From Alphaproteobacteria bacterium (GTDB taxonomy: Bacteria > Pseudomonadota > Alphaproteobacteria > UBA2966), in NCBI GenBank assembly GCA_964291395.2, contig OZ219856.1:608001-672000 (forward strand): DNA of 64,000 bases. The letters run 5' to 3'. Below the pieces are notes generated by a model. The model had not been told where the DNA came from and did not search any database. It was given only the letters and a program-made list of their open reading frames with translations. This document shows, in pieces, positions 34,494-44,843 of this stretch (position 1 is the first letter of the stretch; every line of letters starts with the position of its first letter). The translations under genes and the position numbers were made by a program.

Positions 34494-37208
34494 ATGCACA
34501 GCCTACCCCGCCTGCCGTCGTGGTTGATCACGGCGCTGGCCGTGATTGCAGGCCTCGTGACCCTGTTCAAGGTCGTCGATTGGATCGCCCAGTACCTGTG
34601 GTTCGACACGCTCGGCTTGGTCAGCGTTTTCTGGACCTTCCGGCTCCTGAAGACAGGCTTGTTCCTCGCGGCGTTCCTGTCGATCCTCGCCTATTTCTGG
34701 GCCAACCTTCACTACCTGGCGTTGCGGCTCGATATTGCGGTTGTCGTCAATACGCTGATCAACCAGCTCGCGGGGCGGGCCCTGCCCGCCAATGCTTACC
34801 GGCCTCCCGATGCGAGCGGCTCCGGCCCCAAGGAGAGAACGCCGGACATTTTCATCGTCGCGGCGGTCGTCCTCGCGCTGCTGTTCGCCCTCGCGCTCTC
34901 CGAGCAATGGGAGGCCTTGCTGCGCTACGTTTGGTCGCTGCCGGTCGGCGAAGCTGATCCCATATTCGGAAACGACATCGGGTTCTATCTGTTTGAGTTG
35001 CCGTTCCTGGAGGCGACCCAGAACTTCCTCATCACGGCCACCTTCGTCGGCGCAGCGTTCGTGCTGGGGACGTACGCCTATGCGGGCGCCTTGAAATTCT
35101 CGATCGGTGACGGAATCGACGCGCCGCCGGAGGTCCTGAAGCACATCGTGATCAACGTGATCCTGTTCCTGCTGGTTTTGGCCTGGGGCTTTTACCTCGA
35201 CCGCTTCGATTTGCTTCAGTCGGACCGCGGCGCCGTCTACGGGGCGGGGTACACCGATTTTCACGTCGTGCGTCCCACGCTGGTCGTGGTGATCGCGGTC
35301 ACCATCGCGCTTGCCGGGGCCTTGATGTTTCCCCGGCAACTCGGACGCGCGGCCGTCGCGCTGGTCGTCGTGGTCGGCTATCCCGCCATTCTGCTGCTCA
35401 CGCTCGTTGTCCTGCCGTGGGGCGTTCAGAGCTTCGTCGTGGAGCCGAACGAGCTCGAGCTCGAAGAGCCGTACCTCCGGCATAACATCGCGTTCACGCG
35501 CCGCGCCTACCAGCTCGACCACGTGGCGGAACGCACGTACGAGGCGGTGACCGGCCTGAAGCTTCCGGCGCTCCTGCGCAACGACGAGACCATCGACAAT
35601 CTCCGGCTCTGGGACTGGCGACCCATTGCCCAGACGTTTCGGCAGCTACAGCAGATCCGGACCTACTATGAATTCGGCGACGCCGACGCGGATCGTTACC
35701 TGATCGACGGCAAGTACCGCCAGGTGTTGCTGTCGGCCCGCGAGCTCTCCGAGGAACTTCCTGCGGATACCTGGCTGAACCGCCACCTCCAGTACACGCA
35801 CGGCTACGGCTTGGCGATGAGCCTGACCTCGACGATGAGCGAGCAAGGCGCGCCCGAGCTCGTCATCAAGGATCTGCCGCCCGTGGCGGAGGGGGGCCTG
35901 AACGTCTCGAATCCGGCCATCTACTACGGCGAGAGGACCAGCGAGTACGCCGTGGTGGCGACGGACGTTCCGGAGTTCGACTACCCGAGAGGAGACGAGA
36001 ACGTCTACGCGTCATACGAAGGCCGCGGCGGCGTCGGTCTCGGTTCCTTCTGGAAGCGGCTGGTCTTCGCCTGGCAGCAACTGGACGTCAATATCCTGCT
36101 CACCGCCTACACCCGCGAGGACAGCCGTATCCTGCTATGGCGTCAGGTCGAGGAGCGTATCGGCCTGATCGCGCCTTTCCTGCGTCAGGACCAGGACCGT
36201 TACATCGCGGTCAGCGACGGACGGTTGTTCTGGATCCAGGATGCCTACACGGTAGCGTCCGGCTACCCCTACTCCGAGCCGTTCGAGGATGACCTCAATT
36301 ACATCCGCAACGCCGTCAAGGTCGTGGTCGATGCCTATCACGGCGACGTCGAATTCTATGTGGTCGATCCCGAGGATCCGATCCTGCGCGTGTACCGGGA
36401 GGCGCTGCCGGCATTGTTCACCGATTTCGATGAAGTCCCCGACGACCTGCGCCGGCACCTCCGCTATCCCATCGACCTCTTCGATATCCAGGCGGAGAAG
36501 TACAACATCTATCACATGACCGTGCCCCAGGTGTTCTACAACGGCGAAGACATGTGGGAGGAGCCGTGGGAGACCTATGGCGGCAGGCGGATTCGCATGC
36601 AGCCGTATTATGTCCTCGTGCGGTTGCCGGGCGAGGACCGGCTCCAGTTCCTGCTGATGACCCCGCTGACGCCGCGAAACCGCGACAACATGATCGGCTG
36701 GATGGCCGCCCGCAGCGACTTCCCGGGCTACGGCGAGGTGCTGGTCTACAAGCTGCCGAAGGACCATCTGGTCATCGGGCCGATTCAGATCGAGGCCCTG
36801 ATCAACCAGGACACGGACATCTCGCAGCGGCTTTCGCTCTGGGACCAGCGCGGCTCCCGGGTCATTCGTGGCAATCTGCTGGTGATTCCGATCGAGAGCT
36901 CGTTCATCTACGTGGAGCCCGTCTATCTCATCTCGGAGGGAACGGACATCCCGCAGCTCAAGCGTATCATCGTAAGCGATGGCGAGAAGCTGGCGATGGA
37001 GCGGACGTTGGAGGAGGCGCTGGAGGCGGTCTTCGGAGAAGAGCGGCCACGGACCGCGGACGCCACGGTCGATGCGCGCGCTGCCGATCCCGAAGACCTG
37101 GTGGGGGCCCGAGCAGCCTATTCGGAAGTGGAGGCCGCGTTGCGTGCCGGCGATTGGGACGCCTTCGGCCGGGCGATGGAGGCTCTCGGGAGCCGCCTCG
37201 GGGAATAG
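34494..37208 (+). CDS. UPF0182 family membrane protein
   Basis: DPIFGNDIGFYLF.LP, GAGYTD, PNELELEEPYL, RLWDWRP, QQIRTYYEF, YTHGYG, NYIRNAVKVVVDAY, HLRYP, YVEPVY motifs. Confidence 0.92.
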   Translation: MHSLPRLPSWLITALAVIAGLVTLFKVVDWIAQYLWFDTLGLVSVFWTFRLLKTGLFLAAFLSILAYFWANLHYLALRLDIAVVVNTLINQLAGRALPANAYRPPDASGSGPKERTPDIFIVAAVVLALLFALALSEQWEALLRYVWSLPVGEADPIFGNDIGFYLFELPFLEATQNFLITATFVGAAFVLGTYAYAGALKFSIGDGIDAPPEVLKHIVINVILFLLVLAWGFYLDRFDLLQSDRGAVYGAGYTDFHVVRPTLVVVIAVTIALAGALMFPRQLGRAAVALVVVVGYPAILLLTLVVLPWGVQSFVVEPNELELEEPYLRHNIAFTRRAYQLDHVAERTYEAVTGLKLPALLRNDETIDNLRLWDWRPIAQTFRQLQQIRTYYEFGDADADRYLIDGKYRQVLLSARELSEELPADTWLNRHLQYTHGYGLAMSLTSTMSEQGAPELVIKDLPPVAEGGLNVSNPAIYYGERTSEYAVVATDVPEFDYPRGDENVYASYEGRGGVGLGSFWKRLVFAWQQLDVNILLTAYTREDSRILLWRQVEERIGLIAPFLRQDQDRYIAVSDGRLFWIQDAYTVASGYPYSEPFEDDLNYIRNAVKVVVDAYHGDVEFYVVDPEDPILRVYREALPALFTDFDEVPDDLRRHLRYPIDLFDIQAEKYNIYHMTVPQVFYNGEDMWEEPWETYGGRRIRMQPYYVLVRLPGEDRLQFLLMTPLTPRNRDNMIGWMAARSDFPGYGEVLVYKLPKDHLVIGPIQIEALINQDTDISQRLSLWDQRGSRVIRGNLLVIPIESSFIYVEPVYLISEGTDIPQLKRIIVSDGEKLAMERTLEEALEAVFGEERPRTADATVDARAADPEDLVGARAAYSEVEAALRAGDWDAFGRAMEALGSRLGE

Positions 37209-37295
37209 GGGCGCAAGGAGTCATTCCAACCCGTCGGTCCTGCAAGGGATAGCGTTCGGAGTCCGGCCTCCGAGTCTGCCGGCAGGACGCGAGCG

Positions 37296-38336
37296 TTATC
37301 CCGCAAGTTCCGCCAGCAGGCGCACGTCGTCGGCCGTGCGGGCGTCGACCGCCAAGGCGCTGATGTGTCGCCGGGCGGCGGCCTCGCGCCAGCGCCCGAG
37401 CAGCTCCGCGATGCGTTCCGCCGGCCCTACGAGAGCGAGGTCGTCGATCAGGTCGTCGGGGACGGCCGCGGCGGCGTCGTGTCGCTTGCCGGCGAGGTAG
37501 AGATCCTGAATCTCGGCTGCTGCGCCCCCGTAACCGATCGCCCGCACGTAATCGGCGTAGAAATTCCGTTCGCGGTGGCCCATCCCGCCGACGTAGAGCG
37601 CGAGCTGCTCGCGGACCGGCTGGCGGCAGGCCTCTAGGTCATCCCCTACGATGAGCGCGACATAGGGGATGATGTCGAACTTGGTGAGGCTTTTGCCGCC
37701 ACCCGCTGCCGCGAACCCCTGGTTGAGCGGTTCCTCGAAGACATCGAACCGCTCCGGCTTCATGAAGGCGAGCAGCATGCCGTCGGCGATCTCGGCGCTG
37801 AGACGGACTCCCGCCGGAGTCATGGTTCCGGTGACGATCTCGAGCGAGGGGTCTCCGTGAACGATGCTCTTCAGCGGCTTGCCGAGCCCGGTCGTGCCCT
37901 CTCCCGTATTCGGGATCCGGTAGTGGTACCCCTCGTGCATGAGCGGTTTTTCCCGGGCCAGCACCTTTCGAACGATTTCGATGTACTCGCGGGTCCGCGT
38001 CAGGGGGCGGCCGTACGCGACGCCGTGCCAGCCTTCGATGACCTGAGGGCCCGAGGGGCCGATGCCGAGAACGAAGCGGCCGCCGGACAGATCGTGGAGC
38101 GTCATCGCGGTCATGGCAGCCATGGCCGGGGTCCGCGCCTGCATCTGCATGATGCCGGTGCCGACCCTGATGCGCGACGTCTGTGCCAAGATCCAGGCAG
38201 CCGTCGACACGGCGTCCGACCCGTAGGCTTCCGCGGTCCAGATGCACGCGTATCCCGCGTCCTCCGCCGCTCGGATGCGCTCCATGTCGATCGATGCCCG
38301 GGTGCCCGAGTAGCCGAGCAGAAGATGCAGCTCCAT
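37296..38336 (-). CDS. LLM class oxidoreductase, probably F420-dependent subfamily
   Basis: WTAEAYGSDAV, ARTPAMAAMTAMTL, SGPQVIEGWHG, ALYVGGMG...NFY motifs. Confidence 0.8.
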   Translation of the reverse strand: MELHLLLGYSGTRASIDMERIRAAEDAGYACIWTAEAYGSDAVSTAAWILAQTSRIRVGTGIMQMQARTPAMAAMTAMTLHDLSGGRFVLGIGPSGPQVIEGWHGVAYGRPLTRTREYIEIVRKVLAREKPLMHEGYHYRIPNTGEGTTGLGKPLKSIVHGDPSLEIVTGTMTPAGVRLSAEIADGMLLAFMKPERFDVFEEPLNQGFAAAGGGKSLTKFDIIPYVALIVGDDLEACRQPVREQLALYVGGMGHRERNFYADYVRAIGYGGAAAEIQDLYLAGKRHDAAAAVPDDLIDDLALVGPAERIAELLGRWREAAARRHISALAVDARTADDVRLLAELAG

Positions 38337-38358
38337 GACAGGACTCCTAGGTCGAGTC

Positions 38359-38763
38359 CTACTCTACCGGCCTTTCCAGACCGGTTGGCGTTTTTCCGAG
38401 AAGGCGCGCGTGCCCTCCTGCAGATCCTCGCTCGCGTAGAGCGTGTTGACGGCGGGGATGCCCTTGCGGTGCATCAGGTCGAACGCCTCCTGCACTTTGA
38501 GACCCTCGGTCATGCGGATGGTCTCCTTGATCGCCGCGAATACCAGCGGCGGCCCATCCGCCAGGAGATCGGCCACCTCCCTCGCTCTGTCCATCAGCCG
38601 ATCGGCCGGCAGGACCTCGTTCACGAGACCCCAGCGCGCCGGCCTCCGCGGACTCGATTGCTGCTGCGGCAATTTGCTCGGGGGTGACCGGGATCGGCGG
38701 GTGCCTGTTCGTGGTGTCGCCCGCGCCCGTGACGGCGCAGGTGATGAACGCCTCCCAGTTCAT
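38359..38763 (-). pseudogene. Deletion-fusion remnant: BKACE (CdhC-like) N-terminus joined to carnitinyl-CoA dehydratase/enoyl-CoA hydratase C-terminus
   Basis: [17 protein letters not shown]...[19 protein letters not shown] (BKACE), then out of frame WGLVNEV...[11 protein letters not shown]...[25 protein letters not shown]. Confidence 0.8.
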
Positions 38764-38837
38764 CGCAGAGATCTCCTTACGACGCAGACTCGACGCCCCT
38801 TGCGTAATGGAATTCGGTACCTGGAAGGCATTCGGAA

Positions 38838-38864
38838 TCGACAAATTATCGGCCATTCCCGACG
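38838..38864 (-). promoter_or_regulatory. Putative GlxA-family (CdhR/GbdR-type) binding site
   Basis: Minus strand CGTCGG-N15-TGTCGA, upstream of the cdhC-like remnant; degenerate match. Confidence 0.35.
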
Positions 38865-39055
38865 CCTTTCGCGGCAGCCGGGAGGTTTTTATCGCGAGGT
38901 CGCGGCCGGGGTATCCCAGGACGGCCGTGGCCTGTCGGGCGCGTTGGTTGAGCAGCGGCAACCGGTCGTCGCGTGGTGCTTGTTCGCGAGGTGTCGAGTC
39001 TGGTATGCGGCAACATGATCGTCGTTGCCGCGAGCTCACGCGAGAGGAGCGGGCC

Positions 39056-40519
39056 ATGAAAAATTTCCCGGAGCAGAAGCTCTTCATCGATGGCGGTTAC
39101 GTCGCCGCCACGAGTGGCCAGACCTACGAGGACATGAATCCCGCGACCGGCGAAGCGCTCTGTACCGTCCAGGTCGCCGGCGCCCAGGATGTCGACCGAG
39201 CGGTCGGCGCGGCCGCACGCGGGTTCGAGACGTGGTCGGGGATGGCGGGCGCGGAGCGGGGCCGCATTCTGATGGAGGCGGTCCGTCTCCTGCGGGTGCG
39301 TAATGACGAGCTCGCCGAGATCGAGGTGCTGGATACCGGCAAGCCGATCTCGGAGGCCCGATCGGTCGACGTCGCCTCGGGTGCGGACTGTATCGAATAT
39401 TACGCAGGGCTGGCGCCGTCGCTCCATGGCGAGCATTTCGACCTCTGTTCGGCGTTCGCCTACACGCGGCGCGAGCCCCTCGGAGTTTGCGCCGGGATCG
39501 GTGCCTGGAACTACCCGATCCAGATCGCTTGCTGGAAGTCGGGACCGGCTCTGGCGTGCGGCAACGCGATGGTATTCAAGCCTTCCGAGGAAACGCCATT
39601 GACGGCGGCGCGGCTCGCCGAGATCTACACCGAGGCCGGCGTGCCGGACGGCGTCTTCAATGTCGTGCAGGGCAAGACGGAGACGGGCCGGGCGCTCACG
39701 CGTCATCCGGACGTCGCCAAAGTGTCGCTCACCGGCGGCGTCGACACGGGCAGGATCGTGATGGCCGACGCGGCGCCGTCGGTGAAGCACGTAACATTGG
39801 AGTTGGGTGGCAAGTCGCCGCTTATCATCTTCGCTGACGCCGATCTGGACAACGCGGTCTCCGCGGCCTTGATGGCGAACTTCTATACGCAGGGCGAGAT
39901 CTGCTCCAACGGAACGCGAGTGTTCGTCGAGAGCTCGATCCACGATCCGTTCATTGAGCGGCTGCTGCCGCGAGTCGAAGCGATGAAGGTGGGCGACCCT
40001 TTGGATCCCGAAACGACAGTCGGCTCACTGATCAGCCGCGAGCATCTCGACAGGGTGATGGGCTACATCGAGACCGGGAAGCGCGAGGGCGCCGACCTCG
40101 TCATTGGCGGCAGGCGGGCGGACGAAGAGGCTCTGGAATCGGGGAACTTCGTGATGCCGACTGTTTTCGACCGCTGCGAGGACGATATGACCATCATGAA
40201 GGATGAGATCTTCGGTCCGGTCATGGGCGTGCTCACATTCGACACCGAGGACGAGGCGGTGGAGCGTGCCAACGCGACCGAGTTCGGACTCGCCGCCGGC
40301 GTGTTCACCCGAGATCTCGCCCGTGGCCATCGGGTCGTCGCCCGTCTGGAAGCGGGGACCTGCTGGATCAACAACTACAACGTCACCCCCGTCGAGGTGC
40401 CCTTCGGCGGCTACAAGCATTCCGGCCTCGGGCGCGAAAACAGCCTTGCGGCCATCGAACACTACACCCAGCGGAAGAGCGTCTACGTGGAGTTGGGCGA
40501 CGTCGACGCCCCATTCTGA
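39056..40519 (+). CDS. betB: Betaine aldehyde dehydrogenase
   Basis: [55 protein letters not shown] motifs; GAGGAG RBS. Confidence 0.9.
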   Translation: MKNFPEQKLFIDGGYVAATSGQTYEDMNPATGEALCTVQVAGAQDVDRAVGAAARGFETWSGMAGAERGRILMEAVRLLRVRNDELAEIEVLDTGKPISEARSVDVASGADCIEYYAGLAPSLHGEHFDLCSAFAYTRREPLGVCAGIGAWNYPIQIACWKSGPALACGNAMVFKPSEETPLTAARLAEIYTEAGVPDGVFNVVQGKTETGRALTRHPDVAKVSLTGGVDTGRIVMADAAPSVKHVTLELGGKSPLIIFADADLDNAVSAALMANFYTQGEICSNGTRVFVESSIHDPFIERLLPRVEAMKVGDPLDPETTVGSLISREHLDRVMGYIETGKREGADLVIGGRRADEEALESGNFVMPTVFDRCEDDMTIMKDEIFGPVMGVLTFDTEDEAVERANATEFGLAAGVFTRDLARGHRVVARLEAGTCWINNYNVTPVEVPFGGYKHSGLGRENSLAAIEHYTQRKSVYVELGDVDAPF

Positions 40520-40546
40520 GCATGCAGCGAATTCGAGGAGAGTGTC

Positions 40547-41392
40547 ATGAGCGGTAGCGGCGATCGTTTTCTGGACGGGCGCTCGGCGATGGTCACGGGC
40601 GGCGCCTCGGGCATGGGCCGGGCCATGGCGCTCGCTTTCGCGGAGGCCGGCGCCGACGTGGCCGTCGGCTCGCTGCTGTCGGATCGCTCCGGGACCGTGG
40701 CCGATGGGGAGGTCGCCTACCTTCCGGGACGGGGCGAGCTCGACGCCACGGCCCGGGAGATCGAGGCTTGTGGCGGGCGGGCGCTGGCGATGGGGCTCGA
40801 TGTGACGTCGATGGAGTCCGTCGAAACGTTCTTCGCCGCGGCCGTCGAAGCCTTCGGCAAGGTCGACATCCTGGCCAACGCCGCTGGCATCACGGCCGAG
40901 CAAACCATCGTCGGGCACACGGACGTCCTGTGGCAGAAGGTGCTCGACGTAAATCTCAGCGGCACCTACCGCAGCATCAAACTCTGCCTGCCCGGGATGA
41001 TCGAACGGGAGTGGGGCCGCATCGTCAACATCGCCTCGACGGCGGCTTCCGTCGGCGCGCCCACGTCGGGCGCCTACTGCGCCTCCAAGGCCGGGGTCGT
41101 AGGCCTGAGCCGCTGCGTCGCTCTTGAGGGCGCGGCCCACGGAGTGACCTGCAACACCATCAGCCCCACGTGGGTCGAGACCGGTTTCGGCAGGGACTGG
41201 ATGAGCGGCATCGCCGAGAGCCAGGAGGGCCGCCCAGGCGAGGCTTACATCGCCGACGTGAAATCCGCTAACCCGCAGGGACGCCTCATCCAACCCTCGG
41301 AGATCGGCGCGCTTGCGCTCTATCTCTGCCGCGAAGAAGCCGTTGGCGTCACCATGCAGGATTTGACGATCTCGGCCGGTTCCCTCTGGTGA
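40547..41392 (+). CDS. SDR family oxidoreductase
   Basis: TGGASGMG, NAAG, YCASK motifs. Confidence 0.9.
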   Translation: MSGSGDRFLDGRSAMVTGGASGMGRAMALAFAEAGADVAVGSLLSDRSGTVADGEVAYLPGRGELDATAREIEACGGRALAMGLDVTSMESVETFFAAAVEAFGKVDILANAAGITAEQTIVGHTDVLWQKVLDVNLSGTYRSIKLCLPGMIEREWGRIVNIASTAASVGAPTSGAYCASKAGVVGLSRCVALEGAAHGVTCNTISPTWVETGFGRDWMSGIAESQEGRPGEAYIADVKSANPQGRLIQPSEIGALALYLCREEAVGVTMQDLTISAGSLW

Positions 41393-41504
41393 CGGGAGTT
41401 CCGGCCTGATCGTCGTCGGCGCCCGTTCCGCGACCGCGGGTTTTCGGTACCCGCAAGAGCCGCATTTTCCTTCCATGCCTCGGTGTCTCTGCGGGTGAAC
41501 ACCT

Positions 41505-42368
41505 CTACCGCTCGCTCTCGAGTGACGCGATGTGCAGCAGCCCCTCTCGGGCGAGCGCGACCGTGTCCGGGTCGGCAGGATGCGCGGAATGCATCATATA
41601 GGCCGGCCGCTTCAAGGTCGGGGCGCCGGTCACGCGATAGAGCCGCTTCTCGGCAAGGTAGGGCCGCACGACTCGCAAGGGGAAATATCCCGACCCGCCG
41701 TTGTCGAGGATGTATTGCAGCCCGATGGCACCGAGACCGACGGAGATCGCCGAAGCCTCGACGTCGGGAAATGCCTTGGCGAGTTCCGCGCGATAGTCGT
41801 CGCCCCAGTCCACGTAGATGTAGTCCTCTACCCAGCCGGAGCTGATCCTGCGCTTGCGGGTCGACACCATCACAAGCCGCTCCTCCAGGAGGGTCTCGAT
41901 GACGACCCCGGACATCGTGCGCGGATAATAGAGGACAATGAGGTCCAGAAGGCCGTCCGACAACTGGCGCATCAGGCTGGGAGAATAGTCGGTCTCCACG
42001 TGAAGCGCGACGTCCGGCGCCTGACTCCGCATCCACGGCAGCCATCGCGCTACCAGCCGCTCCCACAGGCTCACCTGTGTGCCGAGGCCGAAAAGGGTCC
42101 GATACCCTTCGGGCAGAGCGACCTGCTGCCGCCCCTGCTCCCAACCTTGAACCACGGACGCGGCGTATCGTTCGAAGCGCCGGCCAGCACCGGTCAGCTC
42201 GACCCCCGTCCGGCTGCGCCGGAATAGCTGGCGGTCGAGCCGCCCTTCCAGCGCCTTGATCCGTGCGCTGACCGTCGACTGGCTGACGTTCAGATTGTCG
42301 GCAGCCTGGTTGAAATTGCCCGTCGCGGCGATCTCGAGGAAGGTCCGCAGCTGCTCGATGTTCGCCAT
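41505..42368 (-). CDS. LysR family transcriptional regulator
   Basis: LRTFLEIAATGNFNQAADNLNVSQSTVSARIKALE HTH. Confidence 0.93.
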   Translation of the reverse strand: MANIEQLRTFLEIAATGNFNQAADNLNVSQSTVSARIKALEGRLDRQLFRRSRTGVELTGAGRRFERYAASVVQGWEQGRQQVALPEGYRTLFGLGTQVSLWERLVARWLPWMRSQAPDVALHVETDYSPSLMRQLSDGLLDLIVLYYPRTMSGVVIETLLEERLVMVSTRKRRISSGWVEDYIYVDWGDDYRAELAKAFPDVEASAISVGLGAIGLQYILDNGGSGYFPLRVVRPYLAEKRLYRVTGAPTLKRPAYMMHSAHPADPDTVALAREGLLHIASLESER

Positions 42369-42388
42369 GGCGCCGAATCCGGTGACAG

Positions 42389-42403
42389 ATCGAGAATCTC
42401 GAT
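42389..42403. promoter_or_regulatory. LysR-type T-N11-A operator in the divergent promoter region
   Basis: Palindrome ATCGAGA-A-TCTCGAT just upstream of lysR, followed by an AT-rich tract. Confidence 0.6.
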
Positions 42404-42515
42404 TATTTCAATTTATTAAATTCGCTTTCCAAATCAACCTAAATGTCAAACATTACATGTCAGGACTGGTCGAAAGACGACGAAGACTTGATTTGGATGT
42501 GGTGGGGAGCGTGAC

Positions 42516-43781
42516 ATGCAGTCACCCGTAGTATTGGCTACTCGAGTACTTGGTAAAGCGGCGCCTGCCCTTCATGTCAATCCCGCGTTGGCACGCTCCG
42601 TTCCGTCGACGGTCTCGCCCGTCGGCCCCTCCCTGGGACTGTCGGCAGATGGGGTCAGATCGGTTCGTGCCGTGGATCGGTCCCTCGAAGTGATCTGGAA
42701 CGACGGGCGGTCCCATGCCTTCCCGTTGATCTGGCTACGGGACAACTGCGATTGTCCGCGCTGTCTGCATCCGGACACGCAGGAGCGGACATTCGATCTC
42801 CTCACCGTTCCCGAGACGCCGCGCGTCGCCAGTGCCGGACTCACGGGCCAGGGAACGGTGATGGTGCTGTGGGGCGACGACGGTCACACCAGCAAGTATG
42901 AGTCGGACTGGCTGCGCCGGTATGCCTTCGAGCCGCCGGGTAACGACCTGACTCGGCCCGACGCGGTGCTCTGGGACGCCAACCTGTCCGGCCGTGTGCC
43001 CCGGTTCGATTATGGGTACGTCATGGATAGCGAGCAGGGCCTGGGGGCCTGGCTTTCCACATTGCTGAGTCACGGCATCGCAGTCGTCGCCGGCATGCCG
43101 GGCCGCGACCGAGAAGTCGTTCGGGTAGCCGAGCGAATCGCCTACGCGCGGCGTTCCAACTTCGGCGAGCATTTCGAGGTTCGGGCCGAACCCAACCCGA
43201 TCAACAATGCCTACACCGCGCTCAAGCTTCAGAACCACACGGATCTCTGCAATTGGGAGCGGCCGCCGGGATACCAGTTTCTCCACTGCCTTGAGAACAC
43301 CGCGACCGGCGGGGACTCCACCCTGGTCGACGGATTCCGGGCCGCCGAGGCGTTGCATCGCGCGGACGCCGATGCCTTTCACGTACTGTCGGCCACGCCG
43401 GTGGTGTTCCGTTTCCACGACACCGTCTGCGATCTGTGGTTCCGCGCTCCGATCATCGGATTGGACGGCTCGGGACGCTTCAAGCAGATCCGCTTCAACT
43501 TCGGGCTCTTCGGTGTTCAGGCCCTGCTGTCCGACGAGACGGCAGCGCTCTACACGGCCTATCGGAAGTTCGCCCGGCTCGTTCGCGATGACCGCTACCA
43601 GATCCGCTTCAAGCTCGAACCGGGCGACCTGCTCACCTTCGATAATTGGCGGGTGCTGCACGGACGTCTGGCCTACCAGCCGTCGACCGGCAGACGGCAC
43701 TTGCAGGGATGTTACGTGGACCGGGACGAGATATTGAGCCGCCTGCGCATGTCGCTTTCGGCTGTCACGGATGCCGCCTGA
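42516..43781 (+). CDS. Gamma-butyrobetaine hydroxylase-like Fe(II)/2-oxoglutarate dioxygenase (TauD/TfdA)
   Basis: WLRDNCDCPRCLH Zn domain; NAYT...HTD, STLVDGF, FDNWRVLHGR...RHLQGCY. Confidence 0.85.
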   Translation: MQSPVVLATRVLGKAAPALHVNPALARSVPSTVSPVGPSLGLSADGVRSVRAVDRSLEVIWNDGRSHAFPLIWLRDNCDCPRCLHPDTQERTFDLLTVPETPRVASAGLTGQGTVMVLWGDDGHTSKYESDWLRRYAFEPPGNDLTRPDAVLWDANLSGRVPRFDYGYVMDSEQGLGAWLSTLLSHGIAVVAGMPGRDREVVRVAERIAYARRSNFGEHFEVRAEPNPINNAYTALKLQNHTDLCNWERPPGYQFLHCLENTATGGDSTLVDGFRAAEALHRADADAFHVLSATPVVFRFHDTVCDLWFRAPIIGLDGSGRFKQIRFNFGLFGVQALLSDETAALYTAYRKFARLVRDDRYQIRFKLEPGDLLTFDNWRVLHGRLAYQPSTGRRHLQGCYVDRDEILSRLRMSLSAVTDAA

Positions 43782-43846
43782 CTACTGATCCGCCGATTCC
43801 AGGACCTTTTCGCCGCGTGACCTGCGCTCCTCGCGCTTGCGCCCCG

Positions 43847-44798
43847 TCAATCCGAGATAGAACGTGAGCGGCCGTCCTCCGGCGGTAGCAGACCCGTGAT
43901 GACGCGCGCCAGCGTGCTCTTGCCGCTGCCGGACTCGCCCACCTCGGCGATCGTGCGCTGGCGGCCGATCTCAAGGTCGATGTTCTCCAGCACCCGCGCC
44001 GACCCGCTGTAGCTTGCGGAAACATCCTCGATGCGCAGCAGCGGCTCCTCGGACGGCGGGTCCGCGTCGGGCTTGCCGTCCGTGCGCACGGCGAGGAGTC
44101 TCTGGGTTTAGTCCTCCTTGGGGTGGTTGATGATCTGATCGGCCGTGCCTTCCTCCACGAGGTTGTCGTAGCGCAGCACCATGATGCGATCCGCCATCTG
44201 CGTCACGACCGCGAGGTCGTGGGTGATGTAAATGGCGGCGGTATCGAACTGCTTCACCGCGTCCTTGACCGCGGCCAGCACTTCGATCTGGGTCGTGACG
44301 TCGAGGGCCGTGGTCGGCTCGTCGAAGATGATGAGATCGGGCCGGCACGACGTGGCCATGGCGGTCATGACGCGCTGGAGTTGACCGCCGGAGACTTGGT
44401 GAGGATAGCGCTAGCCGATCTGTTCGGGGTAGGGAAGCTGAAGCCGGCGATAGAGGTCCTTGGCGTCGGCCTCGGCGCGGGATTTCACCCCGTGATGGAC
44501 CGGCGCTTCGGCGAACTGGTCGATCAACCGGTGCGTGGGGTTGAGAGCCGCCGTCGAACACGATGTCACCGCCCGACAGGCGGCACCCGGGGCGTGCATA
44601 ACCCGTAGCGGCAAGGCCGATGGTCGATTTTCCGGCACCCGATTCGCCGATCAATCCGAGCACCTCGCTCCGGTGTAGCACCACGTCCACGCCATGGACG
44701 ATCTCGTTCCATTGCTCGTCGGCCTGCCCCTCGATACGGAGCCCCGTCATCTTCAGCGGGGGTTCGGGGGTATCCGTGGTGGCTGCGTCGTCATTCAT
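43847..44798 (-). pseudogene. Degraded oligopeptide-type ABC ATP-binding protein (dual NBD)
   Basis: Fragments GESGAGKST, YPHQVSGGQ, DEPTTALDVTTQ, YITHDLAVV and a second GESGSGKST, spread over several frames with deletions and stops. Confidence 0.8.
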
Positions 44799-44843
44799 CT
44801 TTCAGTCCGGCCGTTTGATGGAGGAATCAGTCGACGATTAAGT

